Positions 13,787 to 16,136 of a stretch of 16,136 nt of DNA are shown here, in pieces. How positions within the stretch are numbered: the first letter of the stretch is position 1; the number at the start of each line of letters is the position of its first letter. Source of the stretch: Bdellovibrionota bacterium FG-1 (GTDB lineage Bacteria > Bdellovibrionota > UBA1018); assembly GCA_051382295.1 (NCBI GenBank), contig JBBCAW010000118.1, positions 1-16,136 on the forward strand. Reading direction: 5' to 3'. Made by a program: the position numbers and the translations under genes. The notes below the pieces were generated by a model. That model did no database searches. It was given only the letters and a program-made list of their open reading frames with translations, and was not told the DNA's origin.

Positions 13787-15889
13787 ATGCGCTGGTCTAT
13801 CCGGACAAAAATTATGGTAACTCTTTCCACCCTTTTGCTTTTTGTGGTGGGGTCCTACCTCATTTTGGCCGAACGGGTTTTTCGAGAAGACAAAGAGCTC
13901 TTAGTCTTTGACACCAACCGCTCCAACACTCAAGAGCTTGCCGCTGAGTTAGACGGCTCCATTCGCCGGGTGGTCGAAAAAATCGCGATCATAGCCCAAC
14001 TCATGGCGACAACCTCGCAAGAAAGCCACGCCATCGCGACCCACCTTTTTGAAGAAGATCCCGAGCTTCTGGGCTTTCAACTCATCGGCCAAAATCCTGC
14101 GCGCGCCGTTTCAGAGCTTTTTTCAGCGCGAAAAATGAAAGCCGCCCACCTCACCCTAGACCGCATCAAAACCAGTCACGTTCTTGCCCCACCTGCGACG
14201 AGGGGAATTAAAAAAGATGAGGCTCTTTTTGTCGATAATCGGTCGCTTCCCGAAGCCCCCCTCTATCTCATCCGCGTTCCCCTTGAATTTAAAAACGCAA
14301 AAAGCATCGAAGCTAAACACGGTTTTATTCAAGCCCTCGTCGATGCGACAGGATGGCTCGAACGTTTTGGGCAAAAACGCAGCACCTCGCTTACATTCGC
14401 GGTTACCGCGGAAGGGCGAATCTTTTCACACCCTCGTCTGCAAATGGTCCTAGATCACCAAGACATGAGATCGCTTGAACCCGTTCGTGCGGCAGAGGCG
14501 CAAGACTTTGCGGTTCGGCAACTTGAATTTGAAAATCAAGGCAAACGTTACCTCGGTATTTATCAAAAAGCGACCTATAGCCCGCTGGTGGTCGTCTCCA
14601 TGACCGAAAAAGCGACCGCCTTGGCGGCACGCGGTTTACTGCTAGAAAAAACCCTTTATTTTTCACTCCTGATCATTACGGCGGTTTTTTTGATTAGCTT
14701 ACTTTTTGCTAGCTCCTTGAGCACGCCGCTCCTGAGACTCGTCAAAGCGACCCGCGAAATCGCGGCGGGCCGCTTTGATAGCCCCATAGAAATTGACACT
14801 CATGACGAGATCGGGGTTTTGGCTCGTTCGTTTGAACAAATGAGTTCCGAACTCAAATCGTCGCGCCTCCTCATGGAACGCTATAATACCGAACTAGAAA
14901 GCAAAGTCGATTCGCGTACTCAAGAGCTAGCGACCAAAAACGCCGACATGCTCAAACAACAAGAAGCGCTCCTTCGAGCCACTCGCCTCGCCGCAGTCGG
15001 CGAAACAGCCGGGCAAGCGGCCCATGAAGTCCTTAACCCATTAACCGCGATGATTTCACGGCTGGAGGCCATTGCCCACCGAATTGCGGTTTTTTCGACC
15101 TCGCCCAATGCCCCTTTGCCCACCTTTCGCGCGATTTTAGAGGATTGGCGCCGGGAGTTTCATACGGGCGGGTATGAAAAATGGAGTCAATCCCTCAAAA
15201 AACCCAGCCTCATTCACAAGAACCTCTCACTTTTGGACGAAGATCTCCTGAACTTCGAAAACGTCGCCACCCAGTTGGACTCTTTGAGCAGTGAGCTCAC
15301 TTCGGATCTGATGCTGATCTTGCGGGAGTCGCACCGGATTGCTCGCATTGTGGATGGAATGAGAGGCATGAGTCGCTTTACGAAAGGTCAGCGTCTACAA
15401 CTGGACCTCACCGTCTTAATCGAAGAATGTATTCGGGTTCAGGCCGAGGTGCTCACGCGACATCATATCCAGGTCACCACCCACTTTGAGGGCCGCCCGA
15501 TTTTCGTGCGCGTGGATCCGGATGAAATGCGCCAAGTTTTTTCAAATCTGATCAAAAACTCCGTTGATGCCATCGACACTTCTCTTCATGATCGCCGTCA
15601 AAGTGGAAAAAATGAAAAGGGGAATATCGAAATCCAAGCGTACGCGAGGGCCGATCAGGTCCAGGTCCGAATTCGCGACAATGGTTCAGGAATTCGCTCC
15701 GAGGATGGAGAACTCGTTTTTGACGCTGATTTTTCAACAAAAGGGGCGGAAGGTACAGGGTTTGGGCTCAGCATTTGCCGCCGGCTGGTACGCGCTGCAG
15801 GGGGCGACTTAACGCTCCTAAAAAGCATACCGGGCCAATTGACTGAATTCGAAATCACGCTGCCGTTGGCTCCGGAGGAACTGAAATGA
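13787..15889 (+). CDS. Sensor histidine kinase (TM-Cache-like periplasmic-TM-HAMP-HisKA with insertion-HATPase_c)
   Basis: Two TMs, HAMP (PLLRLVKATREIAAG...DEIGVLARSFEQM), H-box AHEVLNPL (H413), N-box QVFSNLIKNSVDA, DNGSGI, FSTK, GTGFGL. Confidence 0.95.
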   Translation: MRWSIRTKIMVTLSTLLLFVVGSYLILAERVFREDKELLVFDTNRSNTQELAAELDGSIRRVVEKIAIIAQLMATTSQESHAIATHLFEEDPELLGFQLIGQNPARAVSELFSARKMKAAHLTLDRIKTSHVLAPPATRGIKKDEALFVDNRSLPEAPLYLIRVPLEFKNAKSIEAKHGFIQALVDATGWLERFGQKRSTSLTFAVTAEGRIFSHPRLQMVLDHQDMRSLEPVRAAEAQDFAVRQLEFENQGKRYLGIYQKATYSPLVVVSMTEKATALAARGLLLEKTLYFSLLIITAVFLISLLFASSLSTPLLRLVKATREIAAGRFDSPIEIDTHDEIGVLARSFEQMSSELKSSRLLMERYNTELESKVDSRTQELATKNADMLKQQEALLRATRLAAVGETAGQAAHEVLNPLTAMISRLEAIAHRIAVFSTSPNAPLPTFRAILEDWRREFHTGGYEKWSQSLKKPSLIHKNLSLLDEDLLNFENVATQLDSLSSELTSDLMLILRESHRIARIVDGMRGMSRFTKGQRLQLDLTVLIEECIRVQAEVLTRHHIQVTTHFEGRPIFVRVDPDEMRQVFSNLIKNSVDAIDTSLHDRRQSGKNEKGNIEIQAYARADQVQVRIRDNGSGIRSEDGELVFDADFSTKGAEGTGFGLSICRRLVRAAGGDLTLLKSIPGQLTEFEITLPLAPEELK

Positions 15890-16035
15890 ACCCACCTGAA
15901 AACAGGCGCCTTTTGATTGTGGACGACGAACCGGAAATCCGAAGGGGTTATCGTTCAGCACTCAACCCCACCGCTCCACCCCAGATTTCAAGTTCGCGGA
16001 TTCCAGCGGCGCAGCCGGTTCCTGTTTCTCACACT
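15886..16035 (+). CDS. Response regulator receiver, N-terminal fragment (truncated at the degraded contig end)
   Basis: GGAGG SD and ATGA overlap with the kinase stop. Translates MNPPENRRLLIVDDEPEIRRGYRSAL... The frame enters a C15 run at 16036 and stops at 16063-16065. Confidence 0.8.
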
Positions 16036-16136
16036 CCCCCCCCCCCCCCCTCCCGAATAAATTAAACAGAAAAAGGGGGAAAAAAAACACCAAATCTCTT
16101 TCTCCCAACCCATTAAAGGGGGGAATTTTTGGGGGG
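16036..16136. other. Homopolymer-rich low-complexity tail, probable sequencing or assembly artefact
   Basis: C15 at 16036-16050 followed by runs of A, G and T, unlike the rest of the window. Confidence 0.8.

Noticed and set aside
16036..16065. C15 tract as a phase-variation switch or pseudogenising mutation in the response regulator
   Set aside because: Everything after the tract is homopolymer-rich and the receiver does not resume in any frame, which is typical of degraded read ends. Raw reads would be needed to revisit this.

Overview
Gene-dense bacterial contig. The protein style (Cys-rich secreted proteins, a FecR/FN3/beta-barrel protein, an Xre regulator of the SxQFVSN type) suggests Bdellovibrionota/Oligoflexia; that placement is inference only. 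The window opens in two tandem IS21-like terminal repeats. Next is a three-gene secreted cassette: two paralogous 17-Cys gluzincin-like (HELGH...EAFAD) metalloprotease candidates flanking a small 4-Cys secreted protein. Then come a KcsA/MthK-type K+ channel with RCK domains overlapping a stand-alone cNMP-binding protein, a PIG-V-like GT-C glycosyltransferase, an MBL-fold hydrolase preceded by a secreted Cys/His/Lys-rich peptide, an AT-hook/Xre regulator and a secreted START/SRPBCC-like protein. The right half holds a receiver-TPR protein coupled to an MprF-synthase(DUF2156)-rhomboid fusion, a TM-FecR-FN3-beta-barrel protein and, divergently across only 22 bp, a HAMP histidine kinase plus the start of a response regulator that runs into low-quality homopolymeric contig-end sequence. 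First genes of most transcription units have a -10 box 6-12 nt before the start codon and no usable SD, pointing to leaderless or very short-leader mRNAs. One of these promoters is symmetric and bidirectional. All calls come from reading motifs by eye; no searches were run.
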